A DNA stretch of 64,000 nucleotides, from assembly GCA_963766885.1 (NCBI GenBank), contig CAVYBO010000002.1, positions 293,048-357,047 of the forward strand. The letters run 5' to 3'. Positions 27,037-37,664 of the stretch are shown piece by piece (within the stretch, counting starts at the first letter, position 1; each line of letters begins with the position of its first letter). Below the pieces are notes generated by a model. It was not told the DNA's origin, searched no databases, and saw nothing but the letters and a program-made list of their open reading frames with translations. Both the position numbers and the translations under genes were made by a program. Source of the stretch: an uncultured bacterium. GTDB taxonomy: Bacteria; Patescibacteriota; Minisyncoccia; Phycocordibacterales; CAIRYW01.

Positions 27037-30000
27037 AATTTTTTGTCTTGGCAGAATTATTTGTAATAGAATCTTTATTATCCTTTAAAAGCTCCTCCAT
27101 TCTCTTATTAAAATTATTTAATAAAATTTGGGATTTGTGGGTAATCATTTCCTCCGACGCGCCTTGGACATAATAATATCCTTCCCGCATTTTTCCATCT
27201 CTATCAAAAATTGACTGCTGAGGAGTCCCGCTATCGTCTGAAATTTTATATCCCTCATTTTTCATGACAGAAAGCATTGAGGCGGCATTAACTGAACTGT
27301 TATCAAGCTGTGTCTTTCTTTTGCCTGTTGGAGCCTTTAGAAAAAGATTATTGACTCTGACCAAACCATTTACAAAATCAGTTTGTTGACCCTGAAAAAG
27401 AAGATTCTCGTTAATTTTAAATCTTTCCCTAAATTCATCTGAATCAGCATCCAAATTACCAAGCAGTTTCTTGTTTCGCGCAATATCAATATGTTCAGCT
27501 GTGTCAACAAATTCGCCATCGGGCAAAACCACATAACCATTAAACTCACTGTCGCCAAATGATTCATTGTGCTCGCGCAAAGCATTGGTAATTTGTTTTT
27601 CCAATTGCAACCATTCAAAAAGTATCTGCCGTTCTTGATTTGAACTAAACGGTTCAGCAAGCATTTTGCGCTCTTTTAAAAACCCATCAAGTTCCTCTTC
27701 ATAATCTGGAAGCTGATCAATAAATTCATTATTAAATAATTCGCTTTGTCTGGTGTACTTGGAATAACCTGTGTATTTATTAAACAACTGAATTGCGATT
27801 CCAGCATGGTATGAAGTCAGAATTGATCTCTCAAATTGCTCAAAGCTGTCTGTTGCCATTCCTTTGATCTCTACCCTTTCTCCGCGTGTTTGAGCAAAAT
27901 ATTTATCCAGACTATTTGAAACAGGATACTTAGCGCGCAACACTTCTCTACCGGCATTAATTCCGGTGAGGCTTGCCATAGTCATAGCATTATGCAAAAA
28001 ACATGCACTTGAATCTGCCGCCAACCCACCCTCTCCACCCAAGTTGAGATGATATCCTCTGGCAGCCGATGGATATTTCTCAAAATTAAAATCCAAAAAT
28101 CCTGCGTCCTGCAAAAGTTTTACTTCGGCGATCAATATGTATGGGTTATCAGTCGGCCTTATTGCAATTTCATGCACCCCATCACCTCCAGAAGAAATTC
28201 CCGCACTTCTATTAACAAGCTCAATATCACCGTTGTATCCAAACGCACTTATTTTAGAATATTCTGTTGCCAAAGAATGCCCCACTTCATACTCAATGCC
28301 AAAAGAGACTTTGGTTCCCGAGGGAATATTGTCCCGACTATACAAATCCAAAACTTTTTCTATTTTAGCCATTTTTTCTATGAACGCATCCTCATCGTCC
28401 AATCCGTATGCCACAATAGCCAGTGCCATCAAAGTCTCGCCTTTTGGCCCGTATTTATCTCTAAACAACTCCACTTTTTCCTTTACCCTAGGACTTAAAT
28501 CTTCTGGGTTTTCTTTTACTGAAAAAGATTGCTCTATTCGCTTTATTTTTGAAAGCTTGGTTTCTCTTTCTTGATTTTCTTCAATTTTCCCAAAATCGGC
28601 TAATTTCTTTTCAAAGAAAATATCTCGATATTGTTTTGATTCCAGAAAACCGAATCTTCTGGAATTAAAATCATTTACTAAAAATATCTCCATAGCTTTT
28701 TCAACCGGCAATGCAATAATATCAGGTGTTAAATTTTGAAACGTCTCTATTGTTAGTACTCTATCGCTATATTTAATCATTCTGTCTACGAACTCAAGTG
28801 CGCCAGGCATTTTGATAAGATGAATATATAAATAATAATCGTTATAACTTAGAGGCCGTTCTCCAAATAATTTTTTAATCTCTAAAAACTTTTCTAGTTG
28901 GTCTAGAACACCGGATTCAGATAATTCCAAAATAGTTCTAGGATCGCTGATCGTATAACCAAAGATAGTTTTCATTTTTTCAAGAATTTCAGCGCAGTTG
29001 TCTATCTTCGCCAGCTCTATATATTTTGGATAGTTATGAAAAAAGTTCTCCCCCTTGAATAAACCTGCAATTTCTACAACCTTCGGAGTAAGTACAAGCT
29101 CCATATCCTGTTTATAATTTTTATATAAAAAAAATACATCCTGCCACTCTGTTTTAAAATTAAAAGATGTTGTTCCTTCAAAAGCATCACGAAATTTTTT
29201 GGCAAATGGATCAAAAATAAACTGCTTAAAATCATTATCTTTCATCCTCTCAGCAATAGTTTTTAGACCTTCTAAAACAGAATATCGATTATCCATGTAA
29301 ATCTGAAGAAGATTCACTTCTTCCATAATTGAAAAATAAGCGAAGACCTCCTTCCAATAAGGCTTAATATCACTAATTATTCGAACATTTTCAACCATTC
29401 CTTCAATATATAATTTTTCACCCACTATCTCAGAAATCTTTTCCAGATAGGAAATACTTTCTTGGTCTTTCAAAATTATTTCCATTTTTTTGACCTTGGC
29501 AGTCAAATCTTCTTCAGTACTTCCCTCGTAAAAACCGTCAAATATCCTATTAACAAGGCTTTGCGTGTCGGAAAAAGAATCCAATTTGATAATATCTTCC
29601 AAAACGCTTTTGTCTTTCAAAGATAAAATTCTCTCCAAAATGGCGTTATTTCTTTCAAAGGAGTATGTTACAAAATTGCCGTTGAATTTTTTGCAAAAGT
29701 CCATAGCTGTAGCATCTTCAAGCAATTTCTTCATTATTTTGAGAGATTCTGGACTAGGATACAGCTTTATTCCTGTTTCGGCGAAAAACTTCTCCAGAGT
29801 TTCTTTGTTTTTTTCTGCAAAATCAAGATCTTCTTTGTCGCCAACAAGTACTTTCGCTAAATCAACCGCATTTACATCCTCAGCAAAAGAACTTCGGCCC
29901 AGGCTTGCAGGAATAGTAAATCCACTCTCTTTCATTTTTTCAAGCGCATCGATCGCCCCATCTGAATCAGCAAAATAAAGCAGAGAATCAAAATCCCTGT

Positions 30001-30592
30001 ATCGAAAGGTGTCCGGATGAAATCCAAATCCCATGCGTTCCAGGCGTGTAATCGTGGTTATTGGATCATTAGTCTTCCCTATCAACTCTGGCAATTTCGC
30101 CACCGATTCTCTATCTAATTTGCGGGACTCCCTTTTATATACGTCTGATTGGTAGTAAACAGGACTTTCAATAAATTCCTGCAAAGCCACAACATCTTCT
30201 GGGTTCTTTATTCCTTTAATTTCATTTATTTTAACCCTGAAAGAATTTTTTATTCTGGAAATAAAAGAGCTTTTTGCCACAGCTTCTTTTTCTTCTTCAA
30301 GGCTGCTAATTTTTACAGGCTCAGAATTGCTTTTGTTTTCTGAAGATTTCGGCGGTGTTTTTTCTGCAGCCACCTTTGCTTTGAGCTTATTTCTTTCGGC
30401 AATCATATGCCCGAAACGAAGCATGGATTTTTGATATGCAATTTCGACTTGCTCTTTGTATTTTCTCTCCCGAGCCGATTCAGGGCTTTCTAAATCTGAG
30501 ATTTGCTCTTCGGTCGTCGTCAATTCTTGTTTCCCCTCCTCTGATTCAAAGTCAGTATTTTCTTTTCTGTTTTTTAAGAGATTTTCCGTCAT
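27026..30592 (-). CDS. Large (1188 aa) cytoplasmic hypothetical protein; C-terminal region possibly glutamine-synthetase-like carboxylate-amine ligase (amidoligase)
   Basis: Acidic/KE-rich disordered N-terminus, a long alpha-helical middle, and a C-terminal segment with GIEYEVGH ... VHEIAIRP ... ARGYHLNLGGEGG, reminiscent of the GxExE strand of GS/GCS2-type ligases. The domain call is tentative. Confidence 0.5.
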   Translation of the reverse strand: MTENLLKNRKENTDFESEEGKQELTTTEEQISDLESPESARERKYKEQVEIAYQKSMLRFGHMIAERNKLKAKVAAEKTPPKSSENKSNSEPVKISSLEEEKEAVAKSSFISRIKNSFRVKINEIKGIKNPEDVVALQEFIESPVYYQSDVYKRESRKLDRESVAKLPELIGKTNDPITTITRLERMGFGFHPDTFRYRDFDSLLYFADSDGAIDALEKMKESGFTIPASLGRSSFAEDVNAVDLAKVLVGDKEDLDFAEKNKETLEKFFAETGIKLYPSPESLKIMKKLLEDATAMDFCKKFNGNFVTYSFERNNAILERILSLKDKSVLEDIIKLDSFSDTQSLVNRIFDGFYEGSTEEDLTAKVKKMEIILKDQESISYLEKISEIVGEKLYIEGMVENVRIISDIKPYWKEVFAYFSIMEEVNLLQIYMDNRYSVLEGLKTIAERMKDNDFKQFIFDPFAKKFRDAFEGTTSFNFKTEWQDVFFLYKNYKQDMELVLTPKVVEIAGLFKGENFFHNYPKYIELAKIDNCAEILEKMKTIFGYTISDPRTILELSESGVLDQLEKFLEIKKLFGERPLSYNDYYLYIHLIKMPGALEFVDRMIKYSDRVLTIETFQNLTPDIIALPVEKAMEIFLVNDFNSRRFGFLESKQYRDIFFEKKLADFGKIEENQERETKLSKIKRIEQSFSVKENPEDLSPRVKEKVELFRDKYGPKGETLMALAIVAYGLDDEDAFIEKMAKIEKVLDLYSRDNIPSGTKVSFGIEYEVGHSLATEYSKISAFGYNGDIELVNRSAGISSGGDGVHEIAIRPTDNPYILIAEVKLLQDAGFLDFNFEKYPSAARGYHLNLGGEGGLAADSSACFLHNAMTMASLTGINAGREVLRAKYPVSNSLDKYFAQTRGERVEIKGMATDSFEQFERSILTSYHAGIAIQLFNKYTGYSKYTRQSELFNNEFIDQLPDYEEELDGFLKERKMLAEPFSSNQERQILFEWLQLEKQITNALREHNESFGDSEFNGYVVLPDGEFVDTAEHIDIARNKKLLGNLDADSDEFRERFKINENLLFQGQQTDFVNGLVRVNNLFLKAPTGKRKTQLDNSSVNAASMLSVMKNEGYKISDDSGTPQQSIFDRDGKMREGYYYVQGASEEMITHKSQILLNNFNKRMEELLKDNKDSITNNSAKTKNYAV

Positions 30593-30646
30593 AGTTTCAT
30601 TGGTATAATTTTAACATAACCAAAGAAACCTTCGTCTTTATTATAA

Positions 30647-31132
30647 CTACTCTCCGTCGTAAGCTCTCTTTAAAACCTCTATATCCAGCTTAGTCATTTT
30701 GAGCATTGCGGCCATTACCCTGTCTGATTTTACGGGATCAGGATCACTCATTAATTCTCCCAAAGCTTCTGGAACAACTTGCCAAGACAAGCCTAATTTG
30801 TCTTTCAACCATCCGCATTGGCTTTTTTGGCCGCCTTCTGAAAGTTTTTCCCAATAATAATCCACCTCTGCCTGATCCTTGCAATCAATTGAAAAAGACA
30901 CGGCTTCTGTGAATTTAAAATGCGGTCCGCCGTTTAGTGCAGAAAATTTCTGCCCATCAAGTTCAAACTGAACAACCATAATCTCTCCCTTTGGTTTGCC
31001 ATGAATCTCTTGACCTTCGTCTCCGTATTGCGAAGAGTCTAGAATTTTTGAGTTCTTAAAAATAGAAACGTAAAACTTTGCCGCTTCCTCTGCTTGCGTA
31101 TCAAACCACAAAAATGGTGTAATTTTTTGCAT
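30647..31132 (-). CDS. VOC-superfamily protein, PhnB / 3-demethylubiquinone-9 3-methyltransferase-like domain
   Basis: 161 aa. [25 protein letters not shown] is the characteristic start of this family. Confidence 0.8.
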   Translation of the reverse strand: MQKITPFLWFDTQAEEAAKFYVSIFKNSKILDSSQYGDEGQEIHGKPKGEIMVVQFELDGQKFSALNGGPHFKFTEAVSFSIDCKDQAEVDYYWEKLSEGGQKSQCGWLKDKLGLSWQVVPEALGELMSDPDPVKSDRVMAAMLKMTKLDIEVLKRAYDGE

Positions 31133-31187
31133 AATTTTATTTATTAGTTTTTAACCTACTAATTATAACGAACGACAAGCAAAAAAA

Positions 31188-32965
31188 TTAACTCTCCCTC
31201 TTTCCATGCAAAAGCATATCTACAGCGTGCTCCATTGAACCGGCCTCTGTCACTTCGCCGGCGTTGACGAAGAAAATATCATCGGCGTTTTCAATTGTGT
31301 TCAAACGGTGAGCAATAATGACTTTGGTAGTTTTTACCGGCAGTTGATTTAAAATTTCATCCAAAAGTTGTTCAGTAACAGTATCAATATTGGCCGTGGC
31401 TTCATCCAAAATCAAAATATCCGGATTGCGGAGCGCGGCGCGGATAAAAGCAATCAATTGCTTCTGCCCCAAACTTATAGCATCCCCACCAGAAGCAATC
31501 TTTGTATCCAAACCTTCAGAAAATCTTTCAAGAAGCTTTGTCAGATGAGCTTTTTCCAAAACTTCTACTAATTCTTCGTTTGAATATCCTTTGTGCTCTT
31601 CATTGCCATAGAGAATATTTTCGCGGACAGTGCCGGTAAAAAGAAACGGTTCTTGAAGAATAAATCCGATTTTTTTGGCGCGCTCGGCCGGATCATAGCA
31701 GCGCATATCCTTGCCTTCCAAATACACTACGCCTTCGGTTGGATCATACAAGCGAGCCATTAGAGACGCGGTGGTGGTTTTGCCACCTCCTGTTGGCCCG
31801 ACAAGAGCGTAAGTTTTGCCCGCTTCTAGCGCAAAATTAATATTTTTTAAAATATCTTTGCCCTCCACGTATCTGAAAAATACATTTTTGAATTCAAGGA
31901 CAGCTTTGGATTCGGAGTCGGAACTGCAATTTTCTTTTGGAATTTTTTGGATATTGGATTCAAGAGAAAGCACTTCAGAAATTCGGTCCAATCCGGCAAG
32001 CGCAAGCTGAAGCGAAGACCAGACAGACGCAAGCTGCCTGAGCGGCGTATAAAAGTTGTTGACATAAAGCAAAAATCCAATGAGCAGACCGACAGTGAAA
32101 TTGCCGTGGGATATCAAATAAATTCCGTAAGCCAAAACTGCAAGCTGCGCCAAGGACTGAAACAAGGACATATATCGGGTTGAATACGTTGCTTGAAATT
32201 CCAGCTGAAACGGAAGCTGAATAATTCAGTTGGTTTGATTCCTTGAATTTGTCGCGGAAATAATCAAGGCGATTGAAAGCCACGATGACTTTGAAATTAT
32301 TTATGCTCTCTTGGATTTCTCCGCTCATCGCTCCCAGTGTGCGGAGACTTTTTAAACTGGTGCGCTTGACCCAAGGAGAAAGCAATTGGGTGGCAATCAA
32401 GAGCAAGAATCGCCGGGACGAGTGCAACAATGCCGAGACTGATAATCAATTGCCACTAGAAATATTCCAGCGCCGATGATAAGCACGATGTTGCTCACAA
32501 ATTGCATCAGAGCCTGAGCAAAAAATTGGTTGAGCTTGTCGGTGTCGTTGTTGATGCGGGAAACAAGGTCGCCAGCTTTGTTTTGGTTGAAGAACGCCAC
32601 AGGAAGCTCTTGGAGCTTGCCAAATATTTTATTTCGCAAATTAAAAACAGTCGCCTGCCCAATCCTCCCATCGTTTTGACTTGGACATAGCTGGCAACAA
32701 GACCAAAAAGAAAAACAACAAACAGAAGTCCGGAAAAAACCAATACTCCATGAAAATCTTTGCCCACAATATAAGTATCCACGATGTGCGCAATGATTAT
32801 CGGCACCACAAGGGTGGATGTGGCATTTACAAGTATTGCCATAAACGCTATGGTCACGGATTTGCCTTCTTCCGCCATCAGAGGAACAAGTCTCTTCCAC
32901 GCGGTCGTCAAAACGCCTTTTTCTTTTTCTCTTTCTACATCTGTTTTGATTAATGAATAGTTCAT
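31188..32965 (-). pseudogene. ABC exporter (TMD-NBD fusion) disrupted by multiple frameshifts; the NBD is intact in ORF 31188-32171
   Basis: TMD pieces lie in three different frames (32507-32965, 32397-32900, 31975-32430). An intact NBD follows (GPTGGGKTT, LSGGQKQ-like ISLGQKQ, ILDEATANID). It is the immediate neighbour of an intact paralogous exporter, the typical heterodimer layout. Assembly error cannot be excluded. Confidence 0.55.
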
Positions 32966-32970
32966 ATCTT

Positions 32971-34725
32971 TTATTCGTATTGATTGGTGCTTCGCTGCGA
33001 CTGATAAATCTGAACGTACTCCGGACAGGATTCCATCAATTCCTGATGGGTGCCTTTGGCAATCAACTCGCCTTCCATCAAAAGGATAATTTGATCGTAA
33101 TGTTCAATAGACGAAATTTTTTGGGTAACGGAAATGAGAGTCAGGTCTGGGTAATTTTTGGACAAATTATCCAAAATTTTTCGCTCGGTATTAGTATCAA
33201 CACGTGCAGTAAAATCATCAAGAAGCAACACCTTTGGATTAAGCGCCAGGGCTCGGGCAAGCATGATGCGCTGCTTCTGTCCGCCGGATAAACTTGTGCC
33301 TCGCTCTGAGACAATAGTGTCCAGTTTTTGCGGCAGGGCGTCAATAAAATCTCTGAGCTCTGCGGTCTCGATCGCCATTTCAATGTCTTGGTCTTTGACA
33401 GTATTGCTGAAAGCGATGTTTTCTCGCAGGCTCAAGTTGAACATCACACTGTCTTGAAAAACAAATCCGACTTGGCTGTGCAGGTTTTCCTTGTCGTATT
33501 CATTTAGATCCTTGCCGTCAAAATCTATAGCGCCTTCTGTGGGCGTCAAAAGTCCCGTCATCAAATACAAAAGCTGGGTTTTGCCTGCGGCTGTCGGGCC
33601 GATGACTGCTGTTTTGCTTCCGGCTGAAACATCAAAAGAAACGTCTTTGAGCGCAGACTTTTGGCCGAATTTGACGATTATGTTTTTGACTTCAATGTCT
33701 CCTCGGAGCTTTGCCTTTAATCCGCCTGTCTTTTTTTCAACCGGAGCCTTCAGAACTTGGAGAATACGGCCGTATGAGGCTTCAGCTTGAGCAATGACGT
33801 TGCTCATAAATCCAATGATTAGAATCGGGAAAATAAGGATTGCCAAGTAGCTGTTGAATGCGGTGAAATTTCCCAAAGACATTGTTCCCTGAATGACAAA
33901 ATGTCCGCCCATTAGGACAATGGCGAGAGTCGCAATGTTGGTAAAGAAAGTAATTACAGGCACAAGGCTGGCAAAAAGCCCTAAAATCTGCAAACTGATC
34001 CTCTTGGCTTCGGTGTTGGCCGGAAGAAATTTTTCGTATTCGTAATTTTGCGAGTTAAGCAAGCGAATCAGGGCTGCGCCCAAAATGCTTTCGCTGATTA
34101 CTTTGTTGAGCCAGTCAATCGCTTCCTGCGATTTTACAAACAGTTTGCGGACTTTGCTCAATACAAAAAAGAAAACTATTCCGATAATCGGTACGACAGC
34201 AATTACAGTGAGTCCGAGTTTCCAGTTGGTGATAATAAGCAACACCGCAGTGCCCAAAATCAAAAATATTGAAGAAATAATCGATGCGATGGCTGTGGAT
34301 ACAAAAGTTTTGACCGCGTCCGTATCAGATGTAAGATTGGTCAAAAGTTTTGCGGGAGTAGCGGTTTCAATATATGAATAAGGCTGGACCGATATTTTGG
34401 CCGCAATGTCATCTCTAATATCGCGAGCAACGCGCTCGGACGCGTAAACCTGCACAATGTTTTGCAGATAGGTAAAGATAAAAATAAAAACCGCAATGAT
34501 AGAAAATTCAACAACAAGATGTTCGGATGAAAAACTTCCCTTTGTGAATGTATCAATCGCCTTTGAAATAATTTCAGGAACGGCAAGAGAAAGTCCGTTG
34601 GCAACAATAGTCAGGACTACAAGCATGCTTATGAGAAATCCATATCTGCCAAGCAGTCCCCAAATTGTCGGCGCCGGTGAACTTATATTTATTTGTTTAC
34701 TGTTTTGTTGTCGTTTTTCTTTCAT
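32971..34725 (-). CDS. ABC transporter permease/ATP-binding protein (type I exporter half-transporter)
   Basis: 584 aa. Six N-terminal TM helices and an NBD with GPTAAGKTQ, LSGGQKQR, LLLDDFTARVD. Confidence 0.9.
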   Translation of the reverse strand: MKEKRQQNSKQINISSPAPTIWGLLGRYGFLISMLVVLTIVANGLSLAVPEIISKAIDTFTKGSFSSEHLVVEFSIIAVFIFIFTYLQNIVQVYASERVARDIRDDIAAKISVQPYSYIETATPAKLLTNLTSDTDAVKTFVSTAIASIISSIFLILGTAVLLIITNWKLGLTVIAVVPIIGIVFFFVLSKVRKLFVKSQEAIDWLNKVISESILGAALIRLLNSQNYEYEKFLPANTEAKRISLQILGLFASLVPVITFFTNIATLAIVLMGGHFVIQGTMSLGNFTAFNSYLAILIFPILIIGFMSNVIAQAEASYGRILQVLKAPVEKKTGGLKAKLRGDIEVKNIIVKFGQKSALKDVSFDVSAGSKTAVIGPTAAGKTQLLYLMTGLLTPTEGAIDFDGKDLNEYDKENLHSQVGFVFQDSVMFNLSLRENIAFSNTVKDQDIEMAIETAELRDFIDALPQKLDTIVSERGTSLSGGQKQRIMLARALALNPKVLLLDDFTARVDTNTERKILDNLSKNYPDLTLISVTQKISSIEHYDQIILLMEGELIAKGTHQELMESCPEYVQIYQSQRSTNQYE

Positions 34726-34798
34726 AAAATACCTATTCTACCGTGTTTTTATAGACGTTAGGCGCTGCAATATATTTCGATTAATTTCTCATGAAAAC

Positions 34799-34818
34799 AG
34801 CAGGCTTTGCGTCCTGCT
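34799..34818 (-). terminator. Hairpin AGCAGG-ctttgcgt-CCTGCT downstream of gene 34869-35372; possibly a bidirectional terminator
   Basis: 6-bp stem with T-rich flanks on both strands (TTTTAC on plus, TGTTTTC on minus). Confidence 0.35.
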
Positions 34819-34868
34819 TTTACTTTCAACTTATTTATTATATCTTAATTTTCTTTAAGTTATAAATT

Positions 34869-35372
34869 TTATTGCTGTTCACTTATATCTCCGCAAGTGG
34901 CGTAGGTATCGGGTTGGGCGCTTGAGTCTTGCACATTTATCGCCAGAGGAAGCTGTTGATACAAAAGTTCAGAAAAAGGGACATCTATTGTGGTTGTTGA
35001 GCTGCCACCGACGAGATTGTTTAAAGTATAAGCGATTCCTCCAACAAGATTACATGAACCTGTATCAATAGTCACCGGTTCACTGGTTGCAGTCGGTTCC
35101 CCTTCTATATCGATCACTACTTTTGATTCATTGCTTCCGTTGTCTGTAATTACCGCGGTGCCGTTTTGTCCAGACTCATCTTGGTCTATCATTTGAACTG
35201 TTGTGCTTGCAAAATATGCCGGCTTGATTTCACTTGCTTTTGTAGTCTGTTTTCCAATATCCTGATCATTAAAAATTACAATTGCCATGAGAATTAAAAT
35301 AAGAACTATTATTATAAACATTACTATCCTATTTCTTATTTTTTTTATTCTTTGTCTTCTTAACATAATCAA
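34869..35372 (-). CDS. Hypothetical membrane-anchored extracytoplasmic protein
   Basis: 167 aa. N-terminal TM followed by a Thr/Ser-rich beta-rich domain. Translationally coupled (ATGA overlap) to the upstream M15 peptidase gene. Confidence 0.4.
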   Translation of the reverse strand: MIMLRRQRIKKIRNRIVMFIIIVLILILMAIVIFNDQDIGKQTTKASEIKPAYFASTTVQMIDQDESGQNGTAVITDNGSNESKVVIDIEGEPTATSEPVTIDTGSCNLVGGIAYTLNNLVGGSSTTTIDVPFSELLYQQLPLAINVQDSSAQPDTYATCGDISEQQ

Positions 35373-36058
35373 TCATTGTTAAAATCCGGCGCTCCACACT
35401 GCTGTAAATCTTGAAGAGTTAATGGTGTTCCAGATGCTACACGCGAAGCCATAACAGAACACGGAAGCTTGAGAATAGACGGTCTCTGACCTGCCATAAA
35501 TTGTTCGGTTGACAAGCCACCCCTTTCTTCAAAATGGGGCAGATCACCAATGCCTCCCGATTCAAGAGAGCAATATTGCCCGATTTTTACCAATTCTGTC
35601 CAATCGATATCATATCCTTTATACCTATCAACAACATCCACCGCATAACCGTAATTGTGCAAACTGTGACCCGGCGAAGCTTCAGAAACTACGTGGCCGT
35701 CAACTGTGCGCCCTTGATCAAACATAGCTGTCTGGTCAGCAATTGATCTGTATGCAGCCGTAATTCGCAAGTCATATCCGTAAACAGCTGCTGTCGGAAG
35801 AAAACAATCATCAACTTGAGTAAGAAAATTTGGATCCTCTCCTGTTGGATAAGTAACTGGTTTATTCATACTTGTCCAGGAAATTTGATTGCTAAAAAAG
35901 AAACCTGCAATTATACAAATGATGCAAATCAAAAAAAACAAAATGCTAAATATATAAAAGTGGCGTCGCCGATTTTTCCTTTTCTTTCTAAACCTCCGCA
36001 CCTTAATTGCTATTTCTTTACTATTTATATGAATATTCGGATTGTTTTCTGGCTCCAT
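35369..36058 (-). CDS. M15-family zinc D-Ala-D-Ala carboxypeptidase-like peptidase (VanY/endolysin-type), membrane-anchored
   Basis: 229 aa. N-terminal TM, then SPGHSLHNYGYAVDV (SxHxxGxAxD zinc-ligand motif) and a downstream His/Asp region. Confidence 0.7.
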   Translation of the reverse strand: MEPENNPNIHINSKEIAIKVRRFRKKRKNRRRHFYIFSILFFLICIICIIAGFFFSNQISWTSMNKPVTYPTGEDPNFLTQVDDCFLPTAAVYGYDLRITAAYRSIADQTAMFDQGRTVDGHVVSEASPGHSLHNYGYAVDVVDRYKGYDIDWTELVKIGQYCSLESGGIGDLPHFEERGGLSTEQFMAGQRPSILKLPCSVMASRVASGTPLTLQDLQQCGAPDFNND

Positions 36059-36115
36059 AAAAGCGATCTATTGATATTATATCCCAAGTTTTACAAAACG
36101 CTGATAACTGGAATT

Positions 36116-37501
36116 TTAATTTTGAACAATAGTCTTCTCTTTCTCAATATAATTTCCGTTCAGAGCAAATATTGTGTGATCATTTGCAGCCAGCGCAACC
36201 ACGATAGTGTGCGGGCCTTTTGTCAAATCAATCGTGTGATACCACGGTCCGTAAACCACAAACAAATTGCCGTCAATGTACAAGTGCGCGTGTCCCTGAT
36301 CAAGAACTACCGCCTGATTTACATTTTGCGGCGTCCAGGTGAAATTTGTTGTTGTAATATGAATGTCCCAGCCGCCCATTGCCACAGGATCTTCAGTGAT
36401 CTGAAAATCAACAGTTGGTACTGGGTCAGTGGGCTTAAGATTGTATGTTTTGACCATCATACCCATCGGAGCCATGGCGCCCGGACCCATTGAAGCGGGT
36501 TTTGGCGCGGTTAAATACGGAGTAATAATTATTGCCAAAAGAATAATGATAACAAGAACCAGGAATTTAATTATAGAATCTTTTTTAATATTTTGCATAC
36601 CGCCCATATTAGCATTAAACTTATTTTTATTTTCAAAATCTAATTTGTAATCAAAGAATATGGGCAACATAAAAAGAGCTAAGATTGGGGCGGTATTTGG
36701 ATCGGTACTTGTTCCTGTAATCAGGGTGCTAAGCATCCCAAAATCCTGTCCAAGCCACCAGACAAAGAAAAGAAAAAACAGTCCTATCGTTCCAGTTATA
36801 CGATTCGGTTTGATAATAATTGCCAAGCCAACAATGAGTGGAATTAAAGCAAGCAGAGAGTTTCCTAATACAGGATTTATAGAAAGTAGATTTGAAATAT
36901 ACATTGGAAAACTACTGAGAAAACGTAGGGATTCCATACTCGACGCCATTATATTTCCTTGCACGCCGTCAGACGTCCAAAAAGCAGCTTGTAGTTGCAA
37001 AGCCGATTCAAGAATCAATGTCCAACCGGCGATTTTTGGAAACCACTCGAGTTTTATTTTCTCTTCCCAAAGCAAAAATGCTGAAATCAGGACATAAATT
37101 AAAACAGAACCTGGAGCGCCGGTGTAGAAACTGGCGCTGCCCGCAAAAAGATCACCCAATCCTTCTCCAAAAATCCAAACTATTAGACCCCATATAATTG
37201 ACAGATACAATCCTGTTTTGAATTTCTTGCATGAAGCAGGAAAAAATAAAAGAACCCCTATTGCGATTTGAATAAGCGCAGCCAGAATATTTGCAAGACT
37301 TGTATTTATATTCCAGAGATATATTCCAAATGCGATTGTCGCATGGATAAAAAACGGCTGACCGCTTAAATTAGGAGAAAGTACTGAGTTTACAAAATCC
37401 GCCCCAAACATTTTGGGCTGAAACTGCAACAAACCATCCAGTATCCAAAAAGCCCCTAGAGCTTTAGCAATAATATTTCTTACTACCAACATATTTTTCA
37501 T
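36116..37501 (-). CDS. Hypothetical polytopic membrane protein with a C-terminal extracytoplasmic beta domain
   Basis: 461 aa. About 9 TM helices in the first 330 aa, then a Pro/Met-rich linker and an approx. 120-aa beta-rich C-terminal domain. Confidence 0.5.
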   Translation of the reverse strand: MKNMLVVRNIIAKALGAFWILDGLLQFQPKMFGADFVNSVLSPNLSGQPFFIHATIAFGIYLWNINTSLANILAALIQIAIGVLLFFPASCKKFKTGLYLSIIWGLIVWIFGEGLGDLFAGSASFYTGAPGSVLIYVLISAFLLWEEKIKLEWFPKIAGWTLILESALQLQAAFWTSDGVQGNIMASSMESLRFLSSFPMYISNLLSINPVLGNSLLALIPLIVGLAIIIKPNRITGTIGLFFLFFVWWLGQDFGMLSTLITGTSTDPNTAPILALFMLPIFFDYKLDFENKNKFNANMGGMQNIKKDSIIKFLVLVIIILLAIIITPYLTAPKPASMGPGAMAPMGMMVKTYNLKPTDPVPTVDFQITEDPVAMGGWDIHITTTNFTWTPQNVNQAVVLDQGHAHLYIDGNLFVVYGPWYHTIDLTKGPHTIVVALAANDHTIFALNGNYIEKEKTIVQN

Positions 37502-37548
37502 TATTCAATTATAAACCTAAAAGCACTTCATGAGGATGAAGTGCTTGC

Positions 37549-37664
37549 GAGAGAAAGAGAGGAGAAAGAAGAGAAAGTTGGTTGAGTTGGGTGGGTTGGT
37601 GGGGTTTGGGGTGAAAAAGGGATTGGTTGGTGGTTGTGGTGAGTGGATTTTGGAGATTGTAAAT
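37549..37664 (+). repeat. 116-nt cytosine-free purine/G-tract region with strong G-quadruplex potential (GGGTGGGTTGGTGGGGTTTGGGG)
   Basis: No C on the plus strand from 37549 to 37664, read directly from the sequence. GA-repeat (gagagaaagagaggagaaag) followed by G-tracts. Preceded by a perfect 9-bp hairpin GCACTTCAT-gagg-ATGAAGTGC (37522-37543). Confidence 0.5.
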
